DNA of 64,000 bases from the human T2T-CHM13v2.0 reference genome, Homo sapiens: NCBI RefSeq assembly GCF_009914755.1, contig NC_060927.1; one strand, given 5' to 3'. How positions within the stretch are numbered: position 1 is the first letter of the stretch; each line of letters starts with the position of its first letter. The position numbers and the translations under genes are program-made. Positions 16,582 through 31,342 of the stretch are shown one piece after another. The notes beneath the pieces are model-generated. The model was not told where the DNA came from. It was given only the letters and a program-made list of their open reading frames with translations, and did no database searches.

Positions 16582-17547
16582 ATTCTTTTGTTGGCCTCAC
16601 ATTCTAGAGTCTTAGTTTAAGCTCCATATTAAATACCTGATTCCTTTGTCATAGGTATCATATGTTCCATGTTGAAGACATATAATTTCTCTACTTCTAT
16701 AAGATTTTGCATTTGAAACTGGACCACAGGAATTACAGTGAAAACAATCGTGTCCCTCATTCATGAGTGTTTTCAGTCTCACAACCACTGCCCTAGTTAC
16801 AACTAGGTAGAAACCACAATAGATTAATTGTATGGCAGAGTTATAACTCATCTTTATCCCTCAGCTCACACTGAACTAGAAACAAAGGCTCAAATAATTA
16901 GCTGGCAGAAGTTGGAGAGAGAAAATTTTGCAGAGTTTGCTTTTCTACAAAAACAGACAAAACTGGGCTAGGAAGGGGGAGAAGAAATTAAAAAGATAAC
17001 TTAGACTTTGGGAGTAAAGAACCTGGCATACTTGAGGTGGGAAGGAGGAAAAAGGACCATTCCTGGGGAAAGAAAGTGAACTGGGAGCTAAGTGCTGATC
17101 CTCAAGGTCTAGCCCACTGGCCATGGAATATCCGAAGTCCTTATCTCCTTATGCTTCCCTGGACCCTCATCTCTTGTTGTTCCCCAAATAAAAGTGGGGA
17201 ATTAGTGGGAATCAAATTCATGACCCACAAAGGTGGGAGAGGACAGATCCCATTATACATGTCCTCTATGAACAAGAGTACTGGTAAGCACAGCCAAATC
17301 ATTTCATGTGCTATATCCTTAAATGGACTCCCCTTTCCCACCTTTGAACTTCTGCTCAATCTTCTCCACCTATGCTACCTTCCTTCCAATGACTAGGGTG
17401 ACCACATATCCCAATTTTCCCAGGACATCCCAGTTTATTCATATCACATCCACATAATTGGGAATACTGCCTTTTTTATCTCTGGTCTCTCTCCTGTTGT
17501 CTAAGTATAAACAATAAGTTATCATCTTACCAATGCCTTTTTTTCTA

Positions 17548-17809
17548 TTTTTTTAAGACAGGGTGTCACTCTGTCACCCAGCCTGGAATGCAGCGGTGTG
17601 ATCTCGGCTCACTGCAACTGAACCTCCTGGGCCTCAGGTGATCCTCCCACCTCAGCATCCTGAGCAGCTGGGAATACAAGTACGAGCCATGGGGTTTCAA
17701 TACGTTGCTCAGGCTGTCAGGCTGGTCTCAAACTCCTAGGCTCAAGTGATCCACTGACCTCCGCCTCCTAAAGTGCTGGGATTACAGGAGTGAGCCACCG
17801 TGACTGGCC
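17548..17809 (-). mobile_element. AluJ-like element with internal deletion of the A-rich linker
   Basis: Alu arms joined directly (tacgagccat|ggggtttc); 8-bp tandem duplication tcaggctg x2. Confidence 0.85.
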
Positions 17810-18971
17810 CTCAATGTCAACTTTTATCTTTGAAAATATTCCCTATTATTCAATGTAGAGCTTAATCACTACTTCTTACAAGAAGCCTTCCCTAATTTTA
17901 TAAGTTATCATTCTTCCCTATTTTTGATTTTATGGCTATTTGAAGAGAGATGGTAATAATCTGCCTGTATAAAATAGTATTGGTAAATATATCCTATCCC
18001 CTCCTAGATTTATAAAGGCCAGGATCACATTTTCTAGTGTTATCCACAGTGACTTCCACATAGATAGTCAATATCTATTTCCAGAATTTGTTTAAAATTA
18101 TATGTATTTTCAGAAGTCACAATCTCTGAATGAGAAAATGTGGGGACACATTTTCCATAAAATTAGTTTTAGAGTTAAATTAGATTGTGTATGAAAATTT
18201 ATCAATACATTGTTATCCAGTAATTTTCATAATTGGCAGCCACTTAAATGTTATAGTTATTATAAATTATTATATTATCTAATGATGAATTAACTGGTTC
18301 TTCCTCTGTGTCTCCATAGCACTTTATCCATACGTCTATTATGGCATTATCATGTATTATTTTATATATGTCACACCTTATGTAAGATATACAAGGACAG
18401 TTTTATAGCAATTTTAGCACAATGCCTACTTTACAGTATAGCCGAAAAATACAAAATGTACTGGATTCAATTTTTGTTGGGTATGCAAAATTCAACATAC
18501 TTTTGCAAATTATATTCAATAAAAGATTTGTGTCCAGAATACATAAAGAACACTTACAACTCAATAATGAAAAGATAAGTAGCCTAATTTTAAAATGGAC
18601 AAAAGATTTGAATAGACATTTCTCCAAAAAAAAAATGCATAGTCAATAATCACATGGAAAGATGCTTAGCACCACTAGTCATTAGGGAAATGCAATTCAA
18701 ACCCATAAGAATATGCCATGCCACATCCACTAGGATGGCTAAAAGTTAAAAGACAGACAAAACCAAATGTTGGTGAGGATGTGGAGAAACAATCTGCAAA
18801 CATTGCTGATGGGAATGTAAAATGGTGGACTTGCTTTGGGAAGCAATTTGACACATAGAGTTACCATATAATCCAGCAATTCCACTATCAGGTGTATACT
18901 CAAGAGAAATTTTAAAAAATTATATGTCTACACAAAGACTTGTACACAAATATTCACAGCAGTATTATTCA

Positions 18972-19582
<611 letters not shown>

Positions 19583-19892
19583 CCAAGTGGAAAAATCTAA
19601 ATATTCATTAACTGATGAACAGAGTAACAAAATGTATTATATGTATATATTGAAATATTATACAGCAATAAAAAGGAACTAAGTACTGATACATGTTACA
19701 AAACAAACGAACTTCAAAAACATCATCCTTTGTGAAAGATGCCAGATACAAAATAACACACATTCTATTATTCCACTTTTATGATATGTTCAACAAAGAC
19801 AAACCTACAGCAAGTCAGTAGGATACCAGTTACTCCATGGTGTAGGAATGAGGAGTGACTGTAAATGCATTGACTTATACACTTAAAATGTG

Positions 19893-20077
19893 TGCATTTT
19901 TAGTAGAGACAAATTAGCCAGGCGTGGTAGTGTGCACCTATAGTCCCAGCTACTTGGGGAGGCTGAGGCAGGAAAATCGTTTGAACTCAGGAGGTGGAGG
20001 TTGCAATGAACCGAGATTGTGCCACTGTACTCCAGCCTGGGTGACAGAGCGAGTCTCCATCTCAAAAAAAAAAAAAA
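19893..20077 (+). mobile_element. AluS right arm preceded by an 18-bp inverted linker segment
   Basis: tgcatttttagtagagac (antisense Alu linker) abuts the sense aaattagccaggcg...; TSD-like aaaatgtg (19885-19892) / aaaatatg (20074-20081). Confidence 0.85.
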
Positions 20078-20793
20078 TATGAATTGTATGGTATGTAAAT
20101 TATATCTCAATAAAACAGTAGAAAAGAAGTCAAACTGACAACCTACTGAATTACTGAATAGTAACGTAGAAAACTTAGATGCATTTCTGTGATGTGCAAG
20201 TCAGCCTTTGCTTCGGTTTCCCAACCTAAGGGTGTCCTTCTTCCCTTTAATTAAGGAGAAGTGCTAGAAAAGTGGGACAGATATAATAAACCTTTGGTGA
20301 TTTTTTTTTTAAGGCAAAATGGTGTGGACTATAGAGGAATAAGGAGCCCTGGGTTTCATTGCTGTCTGTAAATCAGTAACTGGCTGTATAATCATGGACA
20401 AATCACTTCACCTCACAGGTGTTCAATTCTCTCCTCTTTAAAATGAAAGCCTAGGAGACCTGGTTTCTTATTCTTATCCACGCACCCACAACACTGCTGA
20501 AGGAGCTGGCCCAGTAGCCACAGCTGAGGACAAAGGATGGACACATAACCTAGTCTGATTATTTTCCTAGAAATCTGGCTTTGGGACTCTGGGTCAGCAA
20601 CAGTGTGAAGTTCAGAGCAAGTCATGTCAACTCCTGCCCTTAGTCCCGTATATCTGAACCATTTATAATCTAAGTAGATATCCGCAGAAAATAATTGACT
20701 CTATACTTGATGTCCTTGGCACTCAAGCCCAGGACAAGACAACAACTTCTTTCTAGATGACTTAATAATTTCCCCATTAAAACCTACTTTCGT

Positions 20794-21103
20794 GGGCTGG
20801 GTGTGGTGGCTCCAGCCACGTGTGGAAGCTCACACTTGTAATCCCAGCACTTTGGGAAGCCAAGGCAGCGAATCACTTGAGCTCAGGAGATCAAGACCAG
20901 CCTGGGCAATATGTTGAAACCCTGTCTCCATAAAAACTACAAAAATAAGTAGGGCATGGCGACACATACCTGTAGTCCCAGCAACTTAGGAGGCTGAGGT
21001 AGGAGGATCACCTGAGCCTGTGAGGTCGAGGCTGCAGTGAACCATGATTGTGCCACTGTACTCCAGCCTGGGTGACAGAGTGAAACCCTGTCTTTAAAAA
21101 AAA
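20794..21103 (+). mobile_element. AluJ with a doubled 5' start
   Basis: gggctgggtgtggtggctc followed by a second agccacgtgtggaagctcacac start; J diagnostics in the right arm. Confidence 0.85.
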
Positions 21104-21113
21104 AGGCGGGGGA

Positions 21114-21495
<382 letters not shown>

Positions 21496-22141
21496 TCACT
21501 TAATTCTACTTCATCTCAACACCCATATTTTAGTGTAAGCATGGACTTAAAAATTAAGGCAACCAAGGACAAGTGAGTGATTCTGTGGTCTACAATTGTT
21601 AGCAGAAACATCCTCAGCAATGACTCACTTAAGAGCCACTCCTTCAGCTCAGCCACCCCTACTTCTCTTGCTCTCTGTAGCTTCCAGTCTTTGGAATAGC
21701 ATGAAAACTCCCAAGCAGGGAGGTAGACACTCTAGTGATTAAAATCCAACTATACCATTCTGCTTCACTCCCACTTCATAAAATGGATTTTGTAAATGGC
21801 AGGCAAATGCAAATCAGCACATTATCCCATTTTACTGAGCCTAAATGATTTTATGTGCCTTCTAAAGAAGCAGCTAATGTGCCCCATAAATAAAACAATC
21901 AAAGTTTAAAGCCTTCAGCCTGTTTTCACACCAGACCATCCACTCTGATTTCACAGCCGTACTGGAAGTAAGAAATCAGAGAGAACCCATGAAACTATCT
22001 TTGCCATCCTGTTGGGTAATGAGGATTTAGAGCTACCACAGGTCTTTTCTGAGTACCCTACACAATACTTGGGGCAGGGAACACTGGACTTAAATCTTGC
22101 TATCAATGGCCTATCTAGCCAACATTAATTTATACCTGGAG

Positions 22142-22741
22142 CAGTGGCTTTCAACCAGGGGTGATTTTGTTCCCCCAGGAGAGATTTTGTTCCCCCAGGA
22201 GCATCTGGCAATGTGTGGGGACATTTTGGTTGCCACAATTTGGGAGGGGATTACTAATGGCATCTAGTGGGTAGAAGCCAGGGATACTGTTGAATGCCCT
22301 ATGCCCAAGATTTGGTTCCAATGTTAAGGCTGCTGATGCCATACCCACACACCAAGGGGGTATGCAAAGGTTTATTACTCACATAATAAGGCTTTCTGGA
22401 GAATGCAAGGCAGAGACCCAAGTCAGTCTGAATGTGGCTTGGGTTTTTATTATGGTTAGGAAGTGAGCTAGGGTGAAGATTCCCACCCATGGACCTGTGT
22501 TTGCTTGGTTTGAACTTCCCCCTGGAGCCAAGAGAGAGATGGTTCAAGCTTTCTTAGTTAAGGCTTGCACAGATGAGGGGCAAGAGGGAAATAGAGGGTG
22601 GTGGGACTGGAACGTTGTCGGTGGTCAATGATAAAAAACGGAGTCAGACTCTTTATTCTATCCTGCAATACACAGGAGAGCCCCCATGATGAAGATTTAT
22701 CTAACCCCAAATCTCAATAATGCCAAGGTTGAGAACCCCTG
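22142..22741 (+). mobile_element. MER20 (hAT-Charlie) interrupted by an LTR
   Basis: cagtggctttcaaccaggggtgattttg...ggcatctagtgggtagaagccagggat...|atcctgcaatacacagg...gccaaggttgagaacccctg; 20-bp tandem duplication at 22161-22200. Confidence 0.88.
22302..22659 (-). mobile_element. ERVL-class solo LTR (LTR47-like) nested in MER20
   Basis: ggtttattactcacataataaggctttctgg ... ggagtcagactctttatt; family name recalled from the consensus. Confidence 0.6.
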
Positions 22742-22787
22742 CGCAGGAAGAAGGCTAGTCTGACTCACGCTGTATCTAGGTGGTGGC

Positions 22788-23232
22788 TGTGTGGATGTTG
22801 AGGCTGCCTCCCAGACAGGCTCCCTCATTGCTGGGGTCCTCCAGTGATGAGCAGCCCTGCTGCCCAGCTGGCAACAGAAACCCCCTCTGTAATTACCTTT
22901 GGTCAGTGAAGAAAGCTACCTCACTTAAGGTGACACCCTTTCCCCAACTATCCCCAGGGGCTGCCCAATATCCATCTGGCTGTGAGGATACAAAGGTCCT
23001 GCCACCCTCTGGCCTCAATTCAGGACAAATCTGCAGGGCCATCCAAGCTCTACAGTTACCCATGGGGATCAGCTTAGACTTCTGTTGCAATGACATCTCT
23101 GTTCAATTTCCTCCGCTGACCAGTCCTGCTGCCCTCATCTTTTGCACAGGTATTGTTTCCACACTGTACTTTTCAATAAGTTCACTGCACACAGATCTCC
23201 ATCTCAGAACCTTTCCCAGGGAAACTGACCTT
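22788..23232 (+). mobile_element. LTR16A-like ERVL solo LTR
   Basis: caattcaggacaaatctgcagggccatcc ... ctgcacacagatctccatctcagaacctttcccagggaaactgacct. Confidence 0.7.
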
Positions 23233-25891
23233 CTCTTTACCAGACCTAGAGTGAGAAATAAAATTTACAATTGTGACCAGGCACACATATGTGTGTGTGT
23301 ATATATATATATTCTCCCTATATACATAAAATAAATGTTCACAAACTAATACTAGCCATTATTATGATATACTCTGATATTTTCTATTCTAGTATTGTTA
23401 TTAAAAAAAAAAAAACAACCAAACTGCCCTCCAAGACTCAATGCATTGATCTCATAACACACTAATGAGTCTTGATCCACAGACTGAAAAGCATTTATTT
23501 AGATGTGCAATCAGATTAACTATTTTGGCCAATTGTACTTTTGAAAAATGTAACTAATCAGATTTTTTTCCTCTTGATACTCAATTTGATAGGCCAATTT
23601 GGATCCAAAGGCCTAATTAGTTCTATGTGTGCGGCCACAAAGAGTGAAAAATCTCAACCATAGACCACTATTAAAGAAATGGGCCTCATTACCTTTAATC
23701 ATGTGTTGTAAATCCAACTAAGACTAACAGATTGTTAACCCTTACCCAACTCAGTATATTTAGTCTTGTCATTATCTCATTATTAGTGACTGTCTGCTAC
23801 CACAATGCCTAAAGAGTTAATTTTCTTAAGTTTCTCCTTACAAACCTAACTAAAATAGTTTTCTTAAGTGACCTCCTCTTTCTCTTCTGAAAGAAAGAAT
23901 TTAATAGGGTTCCAGCCAAGGAAGTTTTACTAGATACAATTTGCTAGTAAATTGTATTTACTAGAAGTATTTAAAAGTCATTAAAAAATGAGAAATTTAT
24001 ATATGTGCCTTTTGCCTTATAAATATCATTTACAAGGGTAGATAGAAGTCGTGTCTCGTAAGGATATAGTGCCTCTGGGAGAAGGAGGCTGGTAATAGCC
24101 ACAGCCAACATGCCAGGAAAGGACAGTGATAACAGAACGCTAGTGAAGACTTAGAAACTGTCCAATGTTTTCCTTTTACAGAGACAGAAACTGAAGTCCA
24201 GGCCGGGTAAGCGATTTACCTACGGCCACGTATCTGACAGGCAGCAAAGTTGGAGGAAGAACTAGAACTCCAGGTTATCTTGTCCTGATGCTCTTTCTGC
24301 ATATGGCGGGGCTTCCAGCAGTGAGATTTCCTCTTTTCATAAAGAGCTTGTGCCTCATGATTTCCCAGGAGATTTATTCAAAATAAGTTCCAAGAAACAG
24401 GTGGAGTTGTTTTCTACCCAAAATATACCTACCACAGAGCCTGCTGCCAACATTAGAAATATTTTGACATCTCCAGAAGCAACTCTAATGGAGGCAGAAG
24501 ACGACTCCTTATCTGTTCTCTTTTGATAAAAACAGGCAGTTCCTAAATCTATTCTCTCTTCTCGATACCCAGAAAAACTGCTAAAACCTGCTGCGCTTTA
24601 TCCTTTGAAACATTAACTGAGTCCTTGGCAGTGAAAAGAATTTAGCAAGATTCCGGCATAACGTCTTGGGGAAATTATGCCTTATTTGCTCATTTTGCAG
24701 GTGTTTGAGCTAGTGTGGACTCCTCAAGTCAAGATCTTCAGCAAGTTCTTATTCTAAAAGAGCCTTATTTTAGAATTGCCCTTTCCAAATTTCTATCTGA
24801 TGCTTTAACTGGCTTTGTAAGAAAATCTCTTTATCTCTTTTGGATTTCTGGAAATCCTGCCGGTTGGACGCAGAAAAGCAAACAATTTTGGTTAAGTAAA
24901 TTTCAGATCTTTAACACATACTAATGTGAATGTTTGCTATTAGAACGTGTAAATATTTTATGAGAAGGATGCTTGCCTAAAATAAACATTTTAAAAAGAT
25001 CGAATGAAACTTTTATTTAGAAAGTGCCTTTCTCCAAGGGGTTCAGAAATGCTTTTAAACACTTGCTTGATCTTAAATCAAGACTTTTTTTTTTTTACCT
25101 TGAAACTATCAAAATGTATCTCTTCTGTTGTGTCTTATGTTTGAGTAGAGTTTCTGTTCAGGGAAAAGTATACATGATTTTGTTCAAAGTTCTCTAGGAA
25201 TAGTTTGGGAATCTGGGAGTCTGGCCTCTGGTCCTCACTGAGCTGATGACCAGCTAGGTGACCTTAGCAAGTCAACACACCACACCACACTCTGTGTCCT
25301 AAAACGAGGAGGAGGTTGACCTCAATCCTCTGAAAGGGTGTTTCTAGTCTGGTGATAGGAGCCATCTAACTCTGAAGGCATGACAATACTTTGGGAGATA
25401 TCAGTCTTTTAAATCTCTCATTGTTTATGGTTAATTGCATTAAGGAGCTATGCAATTTATTTGACAAAAATAAACCCCATTCAGAACAGAGCTCAGTTTT
25501 CAACTTCTCCTTTTTGAGTGTTTATACTTTCGATCTAAAATTCCAGTTAACTTGAATAGTCCATAGAATGTGGAGTTAACAGAAAGAAATGAGTTCAAAC
25601 TCTAGTGGTTTCAGTAATGAGCTGTTTGTTGACCTTCTCAGACTCTCCATTTCCTCATTTGTAAATTGGAAATAGTAGCATTGACAGTTAAAGTTGTCAT
25701 GAGCATTAAATGAGATAATATATGTAGGGCCCCTGGTATATAATAAGCATTCTAGAGATGGCAGAGGAGTCTTCGGTTTTTGTTTTTGTTTTTTTTTTTT
25801 TTTGGATATTGACATGTCATGGGAAAACTGGAAATAATCAATTATTTCCAGAATGAGTTTAGAGGGAGAGAAGGGTGGTTAGAAAGGGTAT

Positions 25892-26772
25892 TGAAAACAT
25901 AAACTAGAAAGTATCTGAGACAAGTCTCAACCAATGCAGAAGTTTCTTTTGCCAAGGTTAAGGATGTGCCCGTGACACAGCCTCAGGAGGTCCTGATGAC
26001 ATGTGCTCAGGGTGGTCAGGCCGCAGCTTGGTTTTATACATTTTAGGGAGACATAAAACATCAATCAATACATGTAAGATGTACATGGGTGACGTCTGGA
26101 AAGGTGGGACAACTTGAATTGAGAGCTTCCAGGTCACTGGTGGATTCAAAGATTTTCTGATTAGCAACTGATTGAAAGAGTTTATCTAAAGACCTGGAAG
26201 CAATAGAACAGAGTCTCTGGGTTAAGATAAGGGGTTGTGGAGCCCAAGGTTCTATGCAGATGAAGCCTCCAGGTATCAGGCTTCAGAGAGAATAGATTGT
26301 AAATGTTTCCTATTAGACTTAAAAAGGTGCCAGATTCTTAGTTAGTTCTCTCCCACATCAGGGGAAAGACCCAGAAAGGGAAGGGGATTCTCTACAGAAT
26401 GTAAATTTTCCCCACAAGAGATAGCTTTGCAGGGCCAATTCACAATACGTCAAATAAATATACTTTAGGGTAAAATACTTTTATTTTTTTCAAGGCCTGC
26501 TCTCTGTCAGGTGATGCTACACTAGAGTCAGGCTGGAATTTGGTGTCTTATTGCTACAAAAAGTCTTAAGATCTCTGTTTTAATGTTAATGCTAGTCAGT
26601 TGTGCCTGTATTCCAAAAGGGAGGAGGGTATAATGAAGTATGTCTGGCCCCCCAAACCCTTCACATCATGGCCTGAACTAGTTTTTCAGGTTAACTTTGG
26701 AATGCCCTTGGCCGAGAGGAGGGGTCCATTCTGATGGTTGGAGGGCTTAGAATTTTATTTCTTCAGTTTATA
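25892..26772 (-). mobile_element. MER4-group (ERV1) solo LTR
   Basis: gacacagcctcaggaggtcctgatgacatgtg ... gcttggttttatacattttagggagacat ... ttaactttggaatgcccttggccgagaggaggggtcc. Confidence 0.85.
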
Positions 26773-26786
26773 AGAATTACAACATT

Positions 26787-27140
26787 TGATATGGTTTGGC
26801 TCTGTGTCCCTACCCAAATCTCATCTTGAACTGTACTCCCATAATTCCCACATACTGTGAGAGGGACCCAGTAGGAGATAATTTGACTCATGGGGTGGGT
26901 TCCCCCATACTGTTCTCATGGTAGTGAATAAGTCTCATGAGATCTGATGGTTTTATCAGGGGTTTCCACTTTTGCATCCTTCTCATTTTCTCTTGCCACC
27001 ACCATGTAAGAAGTGCCTTTTGCCTCCTGCCATGATTCTGAGGCCTCCCCAGCTATGTGAAACTGTAAGTCCAATTAAACCCCTTTTTCTTCCCAGTATT
27101 GGGTATGTCTTTATCAGCAGTGTGAAAACAGACTAATACA
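26787..27140 (+). mobile_element. THE1B-like solo LTR
   Basis: tgatatggtttggctctgtgtcc ... aaaacagactaataca; TSD acatt/atatt. Confidence 0.9.
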
Positions 27141-27511
27141 ATATTCATTTTTAAAAGAAAGGAAATACAAAGAACCTTCTGGAAGTCAGAAGACTTCGTA
27201 AATTAAGAGAAAGATGAATTGTGTGGATCAGAATAATGCAAGTTATAACAAGATTAAATGGGACCCTACTTGATTTGGAGAATGAACTTATGAATCTTCT
27301 GTAAACTCTCAGTAAATCCACAAGCCACCAAATGTTGACATTCTATGAAATGACAAAAAGATTTGTGTGCTCCTGAGAATAACTGAGATTTTCTTTAAGT
27401 AAGTAGGAAAAAAAGATGCTGTAACATATAACATCAGATCACACTGCCAGTAAACCACAAGCTGGAATCAATGATTTCTGAACTGTAAATGCTACTCTAA
27501 ATTTTGATATC

Positions 27512-27621
27512 AATTCCAGTTTCTTGTGACACAAAAGCCTTTGTTTTTGTGTACTTTTTGAGTAGTTTTTCTGTTTTTCTGCCATCTTCCCTCTTTTCTG
27601 GAACAGTGAAGGCTTATGATT
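27512..27621 (+). repeat. Doublet 2, copy A (110 bp; partner at 28999-29108)
   Basis: Ungapped alignment by eye, 98/110 identical. Confidence 0.92.
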
Positions 27622-28619
27622 CTTTTAGTATCATAATTATTAATGTACACTTTGGAGATGATACAAACCTCTCATTCATTTATTAGACATTTAAAGACCA
27701 CCAACCATATGCCAAGCTCAGTGATGGAGAGGAGGGATAAAAATATGGGCAAGAGTTCCTGTTCTTTAGAATTCTAGAATGATCTATCACATATTCCCCA
27801 AAGACAGAAGAATCCCCTGTCCAACTATTTTGTTCCATTGGCTGAGCACTTGTGACGTGCCCAGGTACTGTGCTAAGTGTTTTCTGCATTATGTCATGTG
27901 CCCTGACAGATGCACATCTGCCTGCGCTGGAATATGACAAGGCACTTTCTAACCCAAGGCCATGCTCTTCACTTGTGAACAGATGCTGTAACCAAAATCT
28001 GCATCCCTATAACTTCTGCCTAATCCCCATGGAGCCACACAGTATTGGGCTAATTCTTTTTCTGCATGTCAGCTGTTCAATTGCTGTCAGCTAGCAAGGG
28101 CCTCTATTATCATCTCCAGATTAATCATCCCTTTTTCCAGAAACTCTTGTTCACCAATACATCCCCAATACCTAGGACAATAGCTAGGATATAAGAGAAA
28201 TTCAAAAACATTTTTGCTAAATATAAAATATAGCCACATACTCTACCTGTCCTACAGTTTATTAATAACCTACCCAAATGATAAAGATCAGAATTGAACA
28301 CAATCTTACAGGTACAAAGTGCAAAGTACAGTGGGTCCATTTCTATCCCCTTGAACATAACCTATTGCAACAGTATCTTTTCTGGCAAAAAAGTCACTCA
28401 TTCAGCTTGAGTGAAGTTAACTCATAGCCCCACAGGAACATTTTCTTCAAGCAGGCATTGCCACCCCCTCATTTGTGTAGTTAATGTGGGTTTTTGTTTG
28501 TTTGCTTGTTTAAACCCTAAGCAAAGGTCTTACTTGTATATTTTTATCTTTTTAAATTTGGTCTGATTTGTGTTCCTAGCTATTTTTGTTTAAATCTGCC
28601 ATGAATTTTCTAACATGAT

Positions 28620-28870
28620 TCCAAACTTCCCCAATGTCAAGCTTCCCACAAATCTGATTGGCAAACCCTTTCATATCTTATCTAAATAATTAACAAAATT
28701 ATTGAATAAAACAGAGCCACATAGAATGACACTAGCAACCTGGCCTCCAAGTTGATACCTATACATCAGTCAACTTTTGAATTCCCCTTAGACACCATCA
28801 AATGCAGACATTTTTCTCAAGGGTATTATGTAAAATGTTTTCAAATGCATTGCTCAAAGCTAGAGAGCCC
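28620..28870 (-). mobile_element. Ancient CR1/L3-like LINE fragment
   Basis: cacaaatctgattggc...tcttatctaaataattaacaaaattattgaataaaacagagcc...tcaaatgcattgctcaaagctaga resembles the antisense L3 RT region. Confidence 0.5.
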
Positions 28871-28998
28871 AGCTCACACTGTAGTAATCCCAATTTAGAG
28901 GTAAGTATGCTGGAGGGGAGCAGCCTATATTTCAATTCATCTAATTCATTGCATAAATTTTACACTCTAAATCCTTCAGGGCTTTAACTTTTGAAACT

Positions 28999-29108
28999 AA
29001 TTCCAGGTTCTTCTGACACATCAGCCTTTGTTTTTGTGTACATTTTGAGTAGGTTTTCTGCTTTTCTGCCATATTCTCTCTTATCTGGAACAATGAATGC
29101 TTATGATT
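28999..29108 (+). repeat. Doublet 2, copy B
   Basis: aattccaggttcttctgacacatcagcctttgtttttgtgtac...gcttatgatt matches 27512-27621. Confidence 0.92.
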
Positions 29109-30701
29109 AAATAAGAGAGAGCAATTTATTCAAGAAAGTGGACAATGAAAGGGTCCATATAAAAGAAACTCAGGTGAAGAAAACCTCAGAACACTCTCAA
29201 AATATTATCTGGCTATATGGATTTAGAAACCAATCTCCCTCACAGTTGCTTAACTTTTCTTCCTGATGCAAGAATTTCAATGCATGGGCTGAATTTATAG
29301 TAAGACTTTCTATACAAGTATGTAGTAAAGTAATTGAATAAACATGAGAGGAGCATTTTTGGGTACTGCATACCAGCTGAGGATTAACACACAGTACATG
29401 AATTAAAAATTTCAGGAACCTTGCAAGAGGAAAGATTACAGCTCTTTATAACAAAGAAAATTATTATTTCTATTATTTTCCCTGTAGATGCATTGACAAA
29501 CTTAGACTTTTGGAATACGTTGTCTTTAGTTGTTCAGGCTTTACCATGTATTTGTATAGAGCAATCTATTTTTCTTGGGGAAAACCAAATGCCCATGACG
29601 TATGTTTGCTTTAGAAGATGGTTTCTTTGACTTGTTGGAATAAATCACAATCTCCTGTTTCTACTTTTGTCCTTTCACAAGGATTTCCACAATTACTTTT
29701 AAGATTTGTTTTAATATTTAAAGGGGAAATATCTATTCAAAAGGCAATTGAAATGCTATTATGTGCACTAGCCAAGGGAAATGTAAAGGTTTTACTTTTG
29801 GGGAGCTTAAAATATAATAAAGAAGCAAGGTCAATCAAAATTGGTACAATAAACATCCATACCACAACATTCTTTCGTAGACCAATTTATTTTTTTATCT
29901 ACCTGGTTGTGTTATTGCAATGCTAGGTATCTCTTGTAATATAAAGATGAGTTTCTTGCTATTTTTAAATGTTGGTTGGAAAGCCCCATATCAACATTTA
30001 TATTTTTCCTGAACATTCTTTTGTGATTTAGATCCTTAACTATAGTAAATCTATCAAGCTTTTTAAATATTTGAGTAACTGTATATTTTAATGAAAACTA
30101 GGATACCCAAAAGCTCAATGTTATGTGATTATTAGAGTGATTTGTTAAAAATAATAGCTCATCACAGCAATGTTTCTGACATAAATTATCTAAAAACCTT
30201 CTTGTAAGCTCAGCCTTTTCATTGCTCTTATGAATAAAATCTCACTTATTCTTGTATAGAGAAGGATGATAAATAGAAAATTATTCATTTTTAAACCATA
30301 AATACTTATTAGAACTTGTTCTCTGGTCACCTGGTGCATCTTATGTTAGTTAATATTGTGTTCCTTCAATCCTTTCTGGTGTTTTGTTAGAAGCAAAGTG
30401 ACAGTCATAATTCTGCAGGCTTTGTGTTTTTTCACTGCTGAAGCAAATGAATGTGCATAACTTTGAAGAAAAAAATTAAATAAAGAAGAAAGAGCTCACT
30501 GATGTCAAATGTCTTGCTTACTGATTCCAGAGAGAAACTGGAATAAATTATTGGTTTAATAATAATGCTCAAGAACTGCCAGCTTTCTGAAAATATTAAC
30601 AAAATGGCACACACTGCCAGAGTTCTTTCTCCAGTGAAAGGTAGTTAAAGACTGTAGTCCCTGAAGAATAGACTAATTTGAATTTTTCTCAGTCTAATAC
30701 A

Positions 30702-30732
<31 letters not shown>

Positions 30733-31003
30733 TTCAATGGAACAACAAAAAGGAGTCCTCAGTTTATTAACAATTTCCCCAGTCCTCTTTAGCACTATCC
30801 TCATTTACAGATGAAAGATTTACTTTCAATATAGGCTTAACAGTTATTATAGTCCATGAAGAAATGACTCAGATTTTCCCTGACTTAAGCAAAGTATAGT
30901 AAAACAATTAGAAAAATACAATAAATTCTTTTATCTGGTTCAATAATAGGGATAGAATGTTCTGGTTAATCCCATAAGAGAGTTAATATTAACTTTCCTG
31001 TAG

Positions 31004-31342
<339 letters not shown>

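Noticed and set aside
22780-23334. 184-aa ORF
   Set aside because: Lies within an LTR16A-like repeat, starts at GTG and has no recognisable domain.
24690-24830. Possible exon (ttttgcag acceptor, gtaaga donor); similar candidates near 52490 and 63730
   Set aside because: Isolated splice-like motifs are expected by chance; no coherent ORF or exon chain.
27512-29108. Doublet 2 as the LTRs of a small novel retroelement
   Set aside because: No TG..CA termini, primer-binding site, polypurine tract or TSD; the interior holds unrelated ancient repeat fragments.
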